Virus record (IMG/VR): IMGVR_UViG_3300027707_000040
Span: 1-40,191 of that record
DNA: 40,191 nucleotides
DNA from: a virus
Taxonomy: Duplodnaviria; Caudoviricetes
Direction: 5' to 3' (one strand)
Position 1 is the stretch's first letter. Every line of letters starts with the position of its first letter. The notes under the pieces are model-generated. The model did not search any database, was not told the origin of the DNA, and worked only from the letters and a program-made list of their open reading frames with translations. Position numbers and translations under genes: made by a program. This document shows positions 20,209 through 29,941 of this stretch, piece by piece.

Positions 20209-22152
20209 TCATACCGTCTTGCCTGCTTTGGGGCCACCGCTTACTACACGCACTTCGATTGCTGTAGCATAACTTGGTTTGGTTTTCCCACCATTGTTTG
20301 TGCCAGATTTGCTAATTGAATCGTACAATGCTTTGTCGTCTCCGCAATAATAGTCAATAACATTGTTTGACATGCCGCCCGTGTCATGAATCGTAACACG
20401 ACCACTTCCCACTGGGCTCTGGTCTTTAGCATAGCGTATTTCAAGTACAGTTTTGCCTTTCCAATAGTTGCTTGCAACACTAGTGCCTTGCACCAGCGGA
20501 ACGTTATATGCTCCATTAAACTGATCAGAATTTTGAAGTTTTCCAGTCGCAATTTCATTCTTTGTGGTAACATCAATTGCTGCATTACCATATGCTGTCA
20601 TATACATTGGTACCCAATCACCAGATGCTGCGCCATTGCGCGAGTAATAAGCACGAATCACAGCTGTGTTGCGTGTTATTTCATTTTCAATAACAGATGT
20701 GCGACCATTATAGTCAACCTTTAAATCACCGTTCCATTCTGGGTGTTTACTCAATTCGTCTTGTACCAATTTTAGGTATGTTGCTTTATATTCGGCATCT
20801 TTAGCATCGTCGGCTGTGCGTGAAATGTTATCATGGTAAGAGTATGCAAGCGTATTGCATATGCCTAGCATGCGTATGTAATTTTCCAAATCTGTTGCGG
20901 CTAGTGCAGCAACTTTCTGCGGATCTTTAACAAGATGTTCTTTTAATTGAAATATAAATGCGTCATACCTGTCTTTTGGCTCCGAATCATATGTCATGTT
21001 TGCAACTGGAGAAGCTACACCTTCAACTGGTGGAGGTGGCGAGCCCAACGGTATTTTTGTTGGGCTTGGACGCACCGCACCGTTGGCACCATAGTTGGTA
21101 ATTTCACACAAGTTTAATTGCTGCAAATTGTTAATAAGATCACCAATACCAACAACATCACCAAACTTATTGAGAATATCATTGGTTTTATCAACAAGAT
21201 CTACACCAGTTAGCGTCTTGGCTAGAAACAGCGCTTCAGCTAGTGTTTCTTCTTTTGTTAATTTTATATTGACCAATTCACTAATGCGCTTGATGTTTGC
21301 ATAGAGTGCCTCAAGCGCGCTAAGCTGCGCCATAATATCTTGTGCCAACGGGTTATTTAGTATCAATTGCTCGGCCTTTTGTATAGCTAGTTCCATAAGA
21401 CGGTATGGAAGATTTTTGGCACAATCTGCTAATGCTTGCACCTGTGAAACAACCGTCAATTCACGAAGCGCAAAATCTTTAAGCACTTGTGTATAGCTGC
21501 TTTCGCTCTGTGTGCTAAAACTGCTTAGGCCGCTTTGCCCGCCTATTGCATATATTTTGTTGTTGATCAACTCAATGTTGTCCTCAATATCCGCTCTAGT
21601 AACTGCTATATTATATGTTGCAATGCTAATATCATCCTCGGCCGTACACGTTATGACTATATTATTGGCGCCAACACGCAAATCAAGTGTGCGGCTGTTG
21701 CTAGCTGTTCCTTCTATAATAATTTTTGCATTTTCATTTGTAGCAGCTGCCGTCAAAGTGGTTGCAATGCCATCATACGCTACATTTGCGGTGTAATTGT
21801 ATATGTTAGGCGAAAAAGATGGAGTTAATGCGCCAACTGATATACCAAGAGCCGAAAGAGTATTGACCGCTGATGGCGCAGCGCGCACAACCGTAAGAGT
21901 ATATGTAGCTCCTGCCACAGCTATTGTAAACACCGTGTTGCCAACATTTATAAAAGTAGCTGCACACGCTGAACCGGACGCCACCGCAACACCATTAATC
22001 GTAATTGTTTCACCGTTCGTAGTTGCTGTTACAGTGCGTGTTGGAGTTTCATATGACGTGTATGGCATATCTACCGTATATGCAAGCACACCTACATTAA
22101 AAGCTGGTGTTAATAACGCGCCAGCTGTGCTGGTTAAATTTGATAGTGGCAT
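20209..22152 (-). CDS. Virion protein with two cadherin-like beta-sandwich domains, a helical middle region and a C-terminal 3D (MltA-like) domain
   Basis: Two LTP.F....Y.Y...V...GxN...I.V....TY.L.V.RA repeats; C-terminal MTAYG...VASN...HDTGG....IDYY. Confidence 0.65.
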   Translation of the reverse strand: MPLSNLTSTAGALLTPAFNVGVLAYTVDMPYTSYETPTRTVTATTNGETITINGVAVASGSACAATFINVGNTVFTIAVAGATYTLTVVRAAPSAVNTLSALGISVGALTPSFSPNIYNYTANVAYDGIATTLTAAATNENAKIIIEGTASNSRTLDLRVGANNIVITCTAEDDISIATYNIAVTRADIEDNIELINNKIYAIGGQSGLSSFSTQSESSYTQVLKDFALRELTVVSQVQALADCAKNLPYRLMELAIQKAEQLILNNPLAQDIMAQLSALEALYANIKRISELVNIKLTKEETLAEALFLAKTLTGVDLVDKTNDILNKFGDVVGIGDLINNLQQLNLCEITNYGANGAVRPSPTKIPLGSPPPPVEGVASPVANMTYDSEPKDRYDAFIFQLKEHLVKDPQKVAALAATDLENYIRMLGICNTLAYSYHDNISRTADDAKDAEYKATYLKLVQDELSKHPEWNGDLKVDYNGRTSVIENEITRNTAVIRAYYSRNGAASGDWVPMYMTAYGNAAIDVTTKNEIATGKLQNSDQFNGAYNVPLVQGTSVASNYWKGKTVLEIRYAKDQSPVGSGRVTIHDTGGMSNNVIDYYCGDDKALYDSISKSGTNNGGKTKPSYATAIEVRVVSGGPKAGKTV

Positions 22153-22153
22153 A

Positions 22154-22936
22154 TTAGTTTAGTTTAATTTTGCTACCTTTGATTACCGCATCACCGCTGC
22201 TTACAACATTAATTCCTTTGCCTTCAACACTAGTGACACCTGTTGAAGAGTATGTTGAACCAGCACTTGAAGTTACGCTGATGCCTTTGGCCGAAATGGC
22301 GGTAGGCCCGCTAGATGCAATATCAATGGACGGCGCAGCAATGGTGCTCTTGCCAGTTGACACTGTTTTATTTTCGCCAAGCACGGTGGTCAAGTTGATT
22401 CCATGAATGGTACTTGTATTGGTGCTATACACATCGCACCGGTTTTCACCGCCAACAAAAAGAGTATTCTTACCGCTTACATGCAATGAATAGTCAGTGT
22501 GCACAGTTACCTTAGCGCTAGCGCCAATGTTCATTGCATATTCATCAGCAATTTCCATTACATATTGACCGCCCACTTTAGTACGGCGTACGCCTTTTAC
22601 GGTTTCATTGTAATCGCCATTAACCTCAAGATTATAATTGCCATTGACAATGGTATTGCAGTTGCCCACCACGGTTATATTAACATTGCCTTCAACAGTA
22701 ATGTTGTCTTCGCCATGAACCACTTTATAGCCGTTGCCATATACGCTAATTGTGCGATCGCCAGTGGAGTTAACCTCTTCACTGGTTCCACTCTTGTGTT
22801 GTCTTAGGAGCCGCTCATTGCCAAGAGTATCATCAACTTCAAAAATATGGCCTCCGCGTGTTTGCGTAACATTGTTAAATGGATATGTTGAACCATCAGT
22901 TGGCTGCGGCGGGCCCCATGTTTCATTGTTTGCCAT
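22154..22936 (-). CDS. gp5: Baseplate spike gp5 C-terminal part (beta-helix needle)
   Basis: YPFNNVTQTRGGHIFEVDDT.GNERL...HKSGT followed by VxGN 8-residue repeats; likely start ATG at 22936. Confidence 0.85.
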   Translation of the reverse strand: MANNETWGPPQPTDGSTYPFNNVTQTRGGHIFEVDDTLGNERLLRQHKSGTSEEVNSTGDRTISVYGNGYKVVHGEDNITVEGNVNITVVGNCNTIVNGNYNLEVNGDYNETVKGVRRTKVGGQYVMEIADEYAMNIGASAKVTVHTDYSLHVSGKNTLFVGGENRCDVYSTNTSTIHGINLTTVLGENKTVSTGKSTIAAPSIDIASSGPTAISAKGISVTSSAGSTYSSTGVTSVEGKGINVVSSGDAVIKGSKIKLN

Positions 22937-22941
22937 AGGTG

Positions 22942-22949
22942 TATTTATT
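22942..22949 (-). promoter_or_regulatory. Late-promoter-like AATAAATA ahead of the gp5C gene
   Basis: One mismatch to TATAAATA, overlapping the upstream stop codon, 5 nt before ATG 22936. Confidence 0.5.
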
Positions 22950-23952
22950 AAGCAATTATGGTACAAGTACTGCGAACCAGTGATATTTTGCGTGTCTTTG
23001 CATAACAGCCATTGCCTTCACGGCTGCCAGCCGCATTTGTATTGCCTTCAATGGTAGAAAAAGAACCGTTGGCATCGCTGTCGCTTGTGGCTATGCCAAT
23101 ATGACTAAACCCAAAAATCACAAGATCGCCAGCATATACTTTAGATGGGTTGGTAGTCAATTTGACAACACTGCTTTTGCTGCGTGCCCATGCTTCATAG
23201 CCGCCATTTTTAAATGCGCTTGCGCTTTTTGGGCGATCAGCTTCGCTAAACACACCGCTCTGTTGTATACACCAACAAACAAATGCTGCACACCATGGCG
23301 CGCGCGCATTGTATCCATCTGAATAACTTGTGGCTTTCCACATTTCAGCTATACCAGGTCCTTGGTTTTCTGTTGTCTCATATGTATTGCCAACCTTACT
23401 TTGCGCGGCTTGTATAATTGCTGTTTTGGCTGCGCTGTTGACAACTATTGGCGGCCCAGCTTGTTCAAGGCTGCTGCACGCGCCTCCAGTGCCTACCGCG
23501 CAGCCATTAAAGGTTTGTGCGCCAGTTGCTTGTGCAGCATAGCCTGGGCCGCTTCTAGCATTTATTGTTGCACCGGCTGGTGTATCGCTGCCAGCTCTGC
23601 TTGGAAATACACCGTGTGGATCGCCAAAACCTTGGCCAACTGTGCCCAATCCGTTGTCATAACCAGTGGCGCTTGGTATACTCCCAGTTACAACAGGATC
23701 TTGCAATTCGGTGCCATCTCTAAAGAAACCAAATACCCACGAGCCGGCAACAAGGCCAGTTGCGCTTTGGCCAATGCCGCTAACACACGGGCTGGTAACT
23801 GGCATTATACAGGTGGCCCATGGCAAATCTTCTTTAGGCAATTCGGCTGTGTCATCGGTGTGATAACCAAGACATCTTACACGAACGCGACCTTGTTGCA
23901 ACGGGTCTCCTACATCTTCAACCACAGCCGTAAACCAATTGGTAATATTCAT
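22948..23952 (-). CDS. gp5: Baseplate spike gp5 N-terminal OB-fold fused to a CHAP amidase/peptidase domain
   Basis: WFTAVVEDV.DPL..GRVRVRCLGYH...LPWA...GSWVFGFFRDG...Q.PVV.GSI (gp5 OB); PWCAAFVCWC...GDLVIF..SHIGI...TIEGNT (CHAP Cys/His). Confidence 0.88.
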   Translation of the reverse strand: MNITNWFTAVVEDVGDPLQQGRVRVRCLGYHTDDTAELPKEDLPWATCIMPVTSPCVSGIGQSATGLVAGSWVFGFFRDGTELQDPVVTGSIPSATGYDNGLGTVGQGFGDPHGVFPSRAGSDTPAGATINARSGPGYAAQATGAQTFNGCAVGTGGACSSLEQAGPPIVVNSAAKTAIIQAAQSKVGNTYETTENQGPGIAEMWKATSYSDGYNARAPWCAAFVCWCIQQSGVFSEADRPKSASAFKNGGYEAWARSKSSVVKLTTNPSKVYAGDLVIFGFSHIGIATSDSDANGSFSTIEGNTNAAGSREGNGCYAKTRKISLVRSTCTIIA

Positions 23953-25334
23953 TATGCGCTATCTTTAATTATTTTTAGCCGAGTTGTATATACGCCTTCT
24001 TTAAACGAATGCACCGCTACCGCCACTATATATTCTCCGCTCAACGACAGGTCAAGTTCTTCAGTATTTCCTTTGTTTATATTTAAATTGTATTCGTTTA
24101 TATTTGTTGATTTGGGTATTTCAATTTTTATTTTGCGGCCAGGATTGAGTATAAAGTCGCCAAATACTTCAATTTCGTGATTCATGCTTTCAAGATTGGC
24201 AAGATAAGATTTGGCGCGGCCGATGTTTTCGCTTATTATTTGCGCGGAACTTGGTTTGCCATTGCTGTTTGCACTGCTGTTTGTTGATAGCAGAGTGCGG
24301 CTAGCATCAGGAGAAGTTGTTAAATTCTCAGGTTTGGCTGTTTTGCCATTTGTAAAAAAGTTCATTGCTTCTCCATATCCGCTTTTGAGTGATATTCTAT
24401 TTGCAGACACATTCTTATCTTTACCCAAATTAAATATCTTTGATAAAAACGATTTTTTTGCATAGTCAGTAATCACAGTTTTGTTTGCAAATCCGCCTTC
24501 GGTAGCTTGCTTTAATTTATCCAACTTGATGTTGCTGCGCATTTTTAAAATCTTACCCATAGCTTCTGCGTATGACTCTGGATTTTCTGGGCTATTTTTT
24601 AAAAACTGATGATAGCGATATGTAGAATATACCGGTGATTTAATCATGTTTGACAGCGACTTGATTAGCACAATGCCGTTGGAAATGGTATTGTAAACAA
24701 AAAAAGGAGCACCGTCGGCATCATAGGCTTTTTGTCGTAACCATTCTACTGCTTTAAGCGGGCTTTGAATGGTTATGACGCCGTCAAAGGACGTTGTACA
24801 CTTGCCTACATTGAGTACGCGCGTTACATTTAAATCCTTTTCAAAAATGCGCTGAATATTTTCAACTACATTTCCTTTGACACTGCGGCTAATGCGTTTA
24901 AGCATACTTAGATAGCTATAATCGCTTACAGCTATCAAATTGTATTCTTGCACTGATATGCTGTTGGGTGTCTTTTCGTAATTGGGATATTCTTTTACTG
25001 TAAAATTTAAATTTACTAGCCGATCCGAGCCATTTCTCGTATCAATCTTTTGCAGTTTGACATTTATAATTTCTTGTCCGCTAATCGCAAAGTCTTCAAA
25101 GAAATTTACATTGTCGCGTATACGTGCGTTAAATATAATAACAGGAGAAAAGAGTTCTTCAGTAATGGTAAACGAAGTTATTAAACTCTGCATATCAACC
25201 GTCTTGCCTTTTGAATTTTTAATGCTTAACGTCTTTACCAAGTATGCACTTGGTATGGTTGCACTATTGTCGGCACTAGAAATACCTTTTGGTGTATTTC
25301 GCGTAACTGGTCCATTAATTTGATATTCGGCCAT
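23952..25334 (-). CDS. Putative baseplate hub protein (gp27-like)
   Basis: Position between gp53 and gp5; ITEELFSP...ISGQE N-terminus and V.GDF.L.PG..I.I...LSG.YIV.AV.H.F C-terminus typical of hub proteins. Confidence 0.65.
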   Translation of the reverse strand: MAEYQINGPVTRNTPKGISSADNSATIPSAYLVKTLSIKNSKGKTVDMQSLITSFTITEELFSPVIIFNARIRDNVNFFEDFAISGQEIINVKLQKIDTRNGSDRLVNLNFTVKEYPNYEKTPNSISVQEYNLIAVSDYSYLSMLKRISRSVKGNVVENIQRIFEKDLNVTRVLNVGKCTTSFDGVITIQSPLKAVEWLRQKAYDADGAPFFVYNTISNGIVLIKSLSNMIKSPVYSTYRYHQFLKNSPENPESYAEAMGKILKMRSNIKLDKLKQATEGGFANKTVITDYAKKSFLSKIFNLGKDKNVSANRISLKSGYGEAMNFFTNGKTAKPENLTTSPDASRTLLSTNSSANSNGKPSSAQIISENIGRAKSYLANLESMNHEIEVFGDFILNPGRKIKIEIPKSTNINEYNLNINKGNTEELDLSLSGEYIVAVAVHSFKEGVYTTRLKIIKDSA

Positions 25335-25337
25335 ACT

Positions 25338-27413
25338 TTAAGATGCCAACACGGCAAAATACGTTTTTTCAAAATTGCGTATAAGATCTGGACGAACCAC
25401 TTTTATTTTTCTTTTGGCGTCATTGTCGAGCTGTTCTTTTTCATAATAGCTGATATTAGGAATATATTGCCTAGCAACAACCGGTGTATCAGTATTATCA
25501 TCATAGGTAGTGTATGTTAAGGCCGATGGCCATATTGAATTTGATGTATAATCTGATGTGGCCTGAAATATAACGGTTGCAAACCCGCTGTTTGCGGCAA
25601 ATGTAACCAAATCCCAGTAGATGCCGTTGTAATACAAGTAGGTGACGGCATATGGTACATATACGTCGGGCCCGGAGGATTCGTAAAAAGCGGCATCAAC
25701 CCATGCACGAGTAGCATTAGTAAACAAGCTGTTTAATCCATCGCTGGTTGTCACACGCGTTAACGTGTTATTTACACCTGGCGTTGTAACGCCAGATATA
25801 TAGACCATGTCTGGTGTGTTGGCGGTAATTATACCAAATGCACTGTCCGGGCGTGTGACGGTTGAATCAAGTTCATCACGTTTAAAATATTCATAAGGAG
25901 CATACTTGTAATATTCCCATGAACAAAACTCCAAATGCGATGCTTTATGGTATGTTTTATTGCTAACATACGCATCCTTTGACAGGACGCCACTTAAAAC
26001 CTGATCGTACGCACTGCCCGTTATGCCATTTTTAAAGCCATCAATTTTATCATATTGCGCAATTATACGATTTACCCATTCAATTTCAGCAGCTGCCACT
26101 GTGGCATAAAGTGCTAGTTGTGTTGGGTCGGTGGGTACAGCATCAAGACCGCCTGACAATGACGTTTTGCGCATATCCGCAACAGCTCTATCGGACATGT
26201 CAAGATTGCCCTCGCCTGTCGGAAATAACGGCAATATGGTTTCGGCTTTTAAGTAGCTGCTAATAACAGTGTGGCTATTAATTGCGGCTACAATTGCTAC
26301 GTTATTGTAATCAAGTGGATAAATGTAAAAAGGATTAGCAAGTGCTTGCGTTGAGACTCTATCATAACGTGAGAAATTAAAAGTGACGTTATAGAGGCTT
26401 GAATAAAAATCATATGCTATACCGGCGTCACTCCCAGAAAGCTCCCAACGGTAATTATTTGGTGTTCCGATGGCTTGCAGAACCCATGTGTTTCCTGGGT
26501 CGCCTAGACTACCAGTTGTTGTGAATATCTCCTGGCCGATGTTTAGCGAAGGGACCCCATTTGTGTCAATTACTTTAACTAAAAATATACTTTTGTTGTC
26601 GTTCAAGTCAAAAACAACAGATTCATACAGCTCTGGATTTATAACAATGCTTCTTAGGCCGTTGATATTGCTGTGTGTTATTTGGGAAGAGGAAGCGCTG
26701 TCATATGTTATACTAATATTATTACCGTTGCTTCCAGCCTCAAGAGCTGTGTATAATATTTGGTTGTTTGTGACAGCATCTCCAGTGGTCAATGTAGCTG
26801 CAACAGGCGTCACCGCCGCATGGTTAACCCAATTTAATTTAAACTCCTCGCAATTCAAAAATGCATTTTTGATTGCGCTTGATGTTTTTCCGGTGGAAAT
26901 TTCAACAATATTATAAACCACCAATTGCATCATGGCATAGTCATACTTTAATATGCTTGCAGTGTATGTGTTGCTGATATCAGTTATTTTTATTGATGGC
27001 GCATATTTAGAATCAAGGGGAATCACCGAAAAATCGCCGCGGCCTTGAACTAGAGAGCCAGCATATGCAAGTTCAGGCTTAAAGATTATTGCACTATAGT
27101 CATCATATTCATTGCTAATCATTTTTTCAAAATTGGCAGCTGAAGATGGCCAAGAATTGTTAATTCCAGTTTTTAGCTGGTCATTTAGAATGAAAAACGT
27201 CCAATAGTAATTGGGAGTGCCATATAATTTTTGAGATATGATGTCTGGGCGATCGCCATCTTGTATATCATAAAATGTATAGTATGAAACGGAGTCCTCA
27301 TTGATATTACTAATGTCAACCGTTCGTGATATATCGGTTAGAGTGACAAAATTGCCTTCTCCAGATATATCATATTGTAGACTTGGAAACTTTGAAAAAA
27401 AAGGATTAGCCAT
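25338..27413 (-). CDS. gp53: Baseplate wedge gp53 with a large internal insertion
   Basis: FFSKFP.L.YD...YDIQDGDRPDIISQKLYG.PNYYWTFFILN N-terminus and ISYYEKE..DND.KRKIKVVRP C-terminus. Confidence 0.82.
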   Translation of the reverse strand: MANPFFSKFPSLQYDISGEGNFVTLTDISRTVDISNINEDSVSYYTFYDIQDGDRPDIISQKLYGTPNYYWTFFILNDQLKTGINNSWPSSAANFEKMISNEYDDYSAIIFKPELAYAGSLVQGRGDFSVIPLDSKYAPSIKITDISNTYTASILKYDYAMMQLVVYNIVEISTGKTSSAIKNAFLNCEEFKLNWVNHAAVTPVAATLTTGDAVTNNQILYTALEAGSNGNNISITYDSASSSQITHSNINGLRSIVINPELYESVVFDLNDNKSIFLVKVIDTNGVPSLNIGQEIFTTTGSLGDPGNTWVLQAIGTPNNYRWELSGSDAGIAYDFYSSLYNVTFNFSRYDRVSTQALANPFYIYPLDYNNVAIVAAINSHTVISSYLKAETILPLFPTGEGNLDMSDRAVADMRKTSLSGGLDAVPTDPTQLALYATVAAAEIEWVNRIIAQYDKIDGFKNGITGSAYDQVLSGVLSKDAYVSNKTYHKASHLEFCSWEYYKYAPYEYFKRDELDSTVTRPDSAFGIITANTPDMVYISGVTTPGVNNTLTRVTTSDGLNSLFTNATRAWVDAAFYESSGPDVYVPYAVTYLYYNGIYWDLVTFAANSGFATVIFQATSDYTSNSIWPSALTYTTYDDNTDTPVVARQYIPNISYYEKEQLDNDAKRKIKVVRPDLIRNFEKTYFAVLAS

Positions 27414-27417
27414 ATTA

Positions 27418-28290
27418 TTAACCTAATGTTGCTTGCACGAGTGTTTGCGTTGCGGTGGAAGATGCCGTACTATCATTGCTTATATCACTTTCGTTGGATG
27501 GCATATTGTATGTAGCCACAAAATCTTGAGCTAGCGTCTCCTGTCTCCCAGGTGTCACAACAAGTTTTTGTATATCATCCTGTGTAAGCGCACGCGATTC
27601 AATGAATGTTAATGTCATTGATGTATCAAGAGGCGATCCGTCTACTCTCCACATGTTGGCAATACTGTTATATGTGCTTGTCATTGTGGTAAGATAACAG
27701 CCTGGAAATATTTTTGGCAAAAACGAAATTTCACGCCCGTCACTAGCGCCGTTAATAAATTTTATGTTCCATGTTGGAGGGTATTGCAACTGATACTGTG
27801 TGCCTTTAGGATACAGTCCAAGACGAAATGTTTTTAAAATGTCGGCTATCAATTTACTTTCGGCCGCGGTGCTAGCAATAAATTTAAATTCAAATTGATA
27901 TTGGCGTGTAGCTGTACCAGTAAATTGAGTTGTTATATTTTTGTTTAGCGTTGCACCAATGCCAATGCTAACACCGGCTTTAATTTCCGTGGGCGCGCCG
28001 CTAAGCTCAGCTAAGCCTTGAGCCAAGTTTCCCAAGCTTTTGGGCATAGAAGCAACCGCGGCTTTAGCTGCGCCCACCGCTCCATCTTGTCCAAGTTTTG
28101 CAATTGAAGCTCCAACAAAGCCAAGCTCAACGTCATTGTATGTAGCGCCATCCGCAAACGAAATATTCATTGGAACTGGCATATAAATATATGAAGTGAC
28201 TGATGGCGTGCCATACGTGCTACTAAATTGTATCATTGGGCGATTGGTTGAACTGGCCAATTCCATTGGATATATTAAAGGTGTGGGCAT
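27418..28290 (-). CDS. gp48: Baseplate tail-tube cap gp48-like
   Basis: LIYP...IYMP...F.DG..YN, F.G...RQYQFEFKF...ES..I..I...FR...YP, YPP.W.I.F and F.E.RALT motifs; likely start ATG at 28290. Confidence 0.78.
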   Translation of the reverse strand: MPTPLIYPMELASSTNRPMIQFSSTYGTPSVTSYIYMPVPMNISFADGATYNDVELGFVGASIAKLGQDGAVGAAKAAVASMPKSLGNLAQGLAELSGAPTEIKAGVSIGIGATLNKNITTQFTGTATRQYQFEFKFIASTAAESKLIADILKTFRLGLYPKGTQYQLQYPPTWNIKFINGASDGREISFLPKIFPGCYLTTMTSTYNSIANMWRVDGSPLDTSMTLTFIESRALTQDDIQKLVVTPGRQETLAQDFVATYNMPSNESDISNDSTASSTATQTLVQATLG

Positions 28291-28314
28291 ATAAATACTA
28301 TAACTATTTATATG
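28288..28314. promoter_or_regulatory. Pair of opposed T4 late promoters (TATAAATA + at 28290-28297; - at 28312-28305)
   Basis: catataaata-ctataac-tatttatatg is a perfect 10-bp inverted repeat that includes both start codons. Confidence 0.82.
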
Positions 28315-28761
28315 GCTTACCGCGGCAAATTTAATCCTAAAAATCTTGCAAAATATCAAGGGGATTTTCACCGTATAGAATACCGCTCATCATGGGAGCG
28401 TGCCGTGTTTAAATGGTGCGACAACAATGATGCAATTGTGCAATGGAGTAGCGAAGAAGTAGTTGTGCCATACCGCTGCAAAACAGACAATCGCATCCAT
28501 CGCTATTTTGTGGATCTTAAAATTACATTTAAGAATGGTGACACATATCTGGTTGAAATCAAGCCAAAGAAAGAAACGATTGAGCCAAAGAAAAAAACAC
28601 GCGCCAGCAGAGGTTATCTTACCGAAGTATTAAAGTATGTAAAGAACATAAGCAAATGGGAAGCTGCGGCCGCATATGCGCAGCAGCGTGGATGGAAATT
28701 TGAAGTTTGGCATGAAGATACGCTAAAAGCACTGGGTATACGCTTATTGCTTAAAGGCTAA
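28312..28761 (+). CDS. gp4: Head completion protein gp4 (TnsA-like nuclease fold)
   Basis: YRGKF.PKN..KY.GD...I.YRSSWER..FKWCD.N..I..WSSEE.VVPY...HRYFVD...EIKP...N..KWEAA. Confidence 0.92.
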   Translation: MAYRGKFNPKNLAKYQGDFHRIEYRSSWERAVFKWCDNNDAIVQWSSEEVVVPYRCKTDNRIHRYFVDLKITFKNGDTYLVEIKPKKETIEPKKKTRASRGYLTEVLKYVKNISKWEAAAAYAQQRGWKFEVWHEDTLKALGIRLLLKG

Positions 28762-28765
28762 GCCA

Positions 28766-28773
28766 TATAAATA
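28766..28773 (+). promoter_or_regulatory. T4-type late promoter TATAAATA
   Basis: Exact match 11 nt upstream of the gp2 ATG. Confidence 0.78.
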
Positions 28774-28784
28774 TACCTGAGTAT

Positions 28785-29390
28785 ATGGCCATCAACACTC
28801 CAGGAACCAGCTTTACTTTTGAAAAGTATCATGATAAGTTATCAGCGAGTGGTATAGCTGCGCGCACAGATGCGTCTCGAGCGTGGTTCTTTGACAAGCT
28901 AAAGACGCTAAGCAATATTAATCGCCGAAAGTTGCTTAAAGACCAGGCTCTACACAGTGCGCCACGCCCATTGCCTGGGCGCATGTTTATGTTTTTTTAT
29001 GACCCAAAAGGCAAAGAACAATTGCCATACTATGACCGCTTTCCGCTAGTGATTATGGTAGGCAAAGCCAAAGGCGGTTTTTACGGTCTTAACCTGCATT
29101 ACCTACCCAATCGTTTGCGTGCAATATTTTTTGACAAGTTGCTATCATTTGCCAACAACAATAAGTATGATCAAAGCACCAAGTTTAAGTTAACATACAA
29201 TATGTTGAGCGCTGCAAGCAGTCTTAAATACTTTGCGCCGTGCTTTAAACATTACCTGTTTTCACACCTGCAAAGTGTGCCTGTTGAAGTGCCATCCACA
29301 GATTGGGAGATTGCGGTATGCTTACCAACATGGCAATTTGTTGGCGCCGATAAGACCAGTGTATGGAAAGAATCTCTTAAACAATTTTAA
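28785..29390 (+). CDS. gp2: DNA end protector protein gp2
   Basis: GRMFMFFYDPK.K..LPYYDRFPL...GFYGLNLHYLP...PCFKHYL. Confidence 0.92.
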   Translation: MAINTPGTSFTFEKYHDKLSASGIAARTDASRAWFFDKLKTLSNINRRKLLKDQALHSAPRPLPGRMFMFFYDPKGKEQLPYYDRFPLVIMVGKAKGGFYGLNLHYLPNRLRAIFFDKLLSFANNNKYDQSTKFKLTYNMLSAASSLKYFAPCFKHYLFSHLQSVPVEVPSTDWEIAVCLPTWQFVGADKTSVWKESLKQF

Positions 29391-29392
29391 CC

Positions 29393-29920
29393 ATGCCATC
29401 AACATCAATTCAAGACCTGCAAAGCACCATCAAACGTCATGCAGGATTGTCGCGTGACAATCGGTTTCGTGTTATAATATCAAACCCAATTGATGGCGAA
29501 GATGGCAAAGACCTGTCTTTGCTCTGTGAGAGTTGTACACTGCCCGGACGGCAAATAGTAACCACGGACTTTTCAGTGTGGCGCAACGAAAACAAAATTC
29601 CCACTGGCTATACTGATGAGGATGTTACTTGTGTATTTTATTTGACAAACGACTATTATGTTAAAAATCTTTTTGACAAATGGCTGCTAAAAATAATAAA
29701 TCCTGACACATACTTCGCTAATTATACAAATACTTTTGCAAAGACCATTTTGTTGCAGCAGTTGAATGAAGCCGATCAACCGGTGTATCAAGTTACTCTG
29801 CCATATGCATGGCCAGTTGGTGTTAACTCTATTGAATTGGACAACTCATCAGAAAATAGTGTTCAAAAGTTAACGGTGGTGTTTACATACAACACCTGGT
29901 CATCACAAAAACTACCTTAA
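29393..29920 (+). CDS. Tail tube-like protein (gp19/gp54 family)
   Basis: GL.R.NRFRV, LCESCTLPGR, FDKW and WP..V..IEL.......QKLTVVF.Y..W motifs. Confidence 0.75.
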   Translation: MPSTSIQDLQSTIKRHAGLSRDNRFRVIISNPIDGEDGKDLSLLCESCTLPGRQIVTTDFSVWRNENKIPTGYTDEDVTCVFYLTNDYYVKNLFDKWLLKIINPDTYFANYTNTFAKTILLQQLNEADQPVYQVTLPYAWPVGVNSIELDNSSENSVQKLTVVFTYNTWSSQKLP

Positions 29921-29941
29921 AATTATATTATAAATTAAATT

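Noticed and set aside
22937-22950. Stop-codon read-through joining the two gp5 halves
   Set aside because: The ORFs are 11 nt apart and out of frame, and no slippery site is evident.
23362-24180. 272-aa + strand ORF
   Set aside because: Fully overlaps well-supported gp5 and hub genes on the opposite strand.
28312-28761. TnsA-like transposase or mobile element
   Set aside because: Motifs and synteny (gp48, gp2) match T4 gp4; no other transposon genes or terminal repeats.
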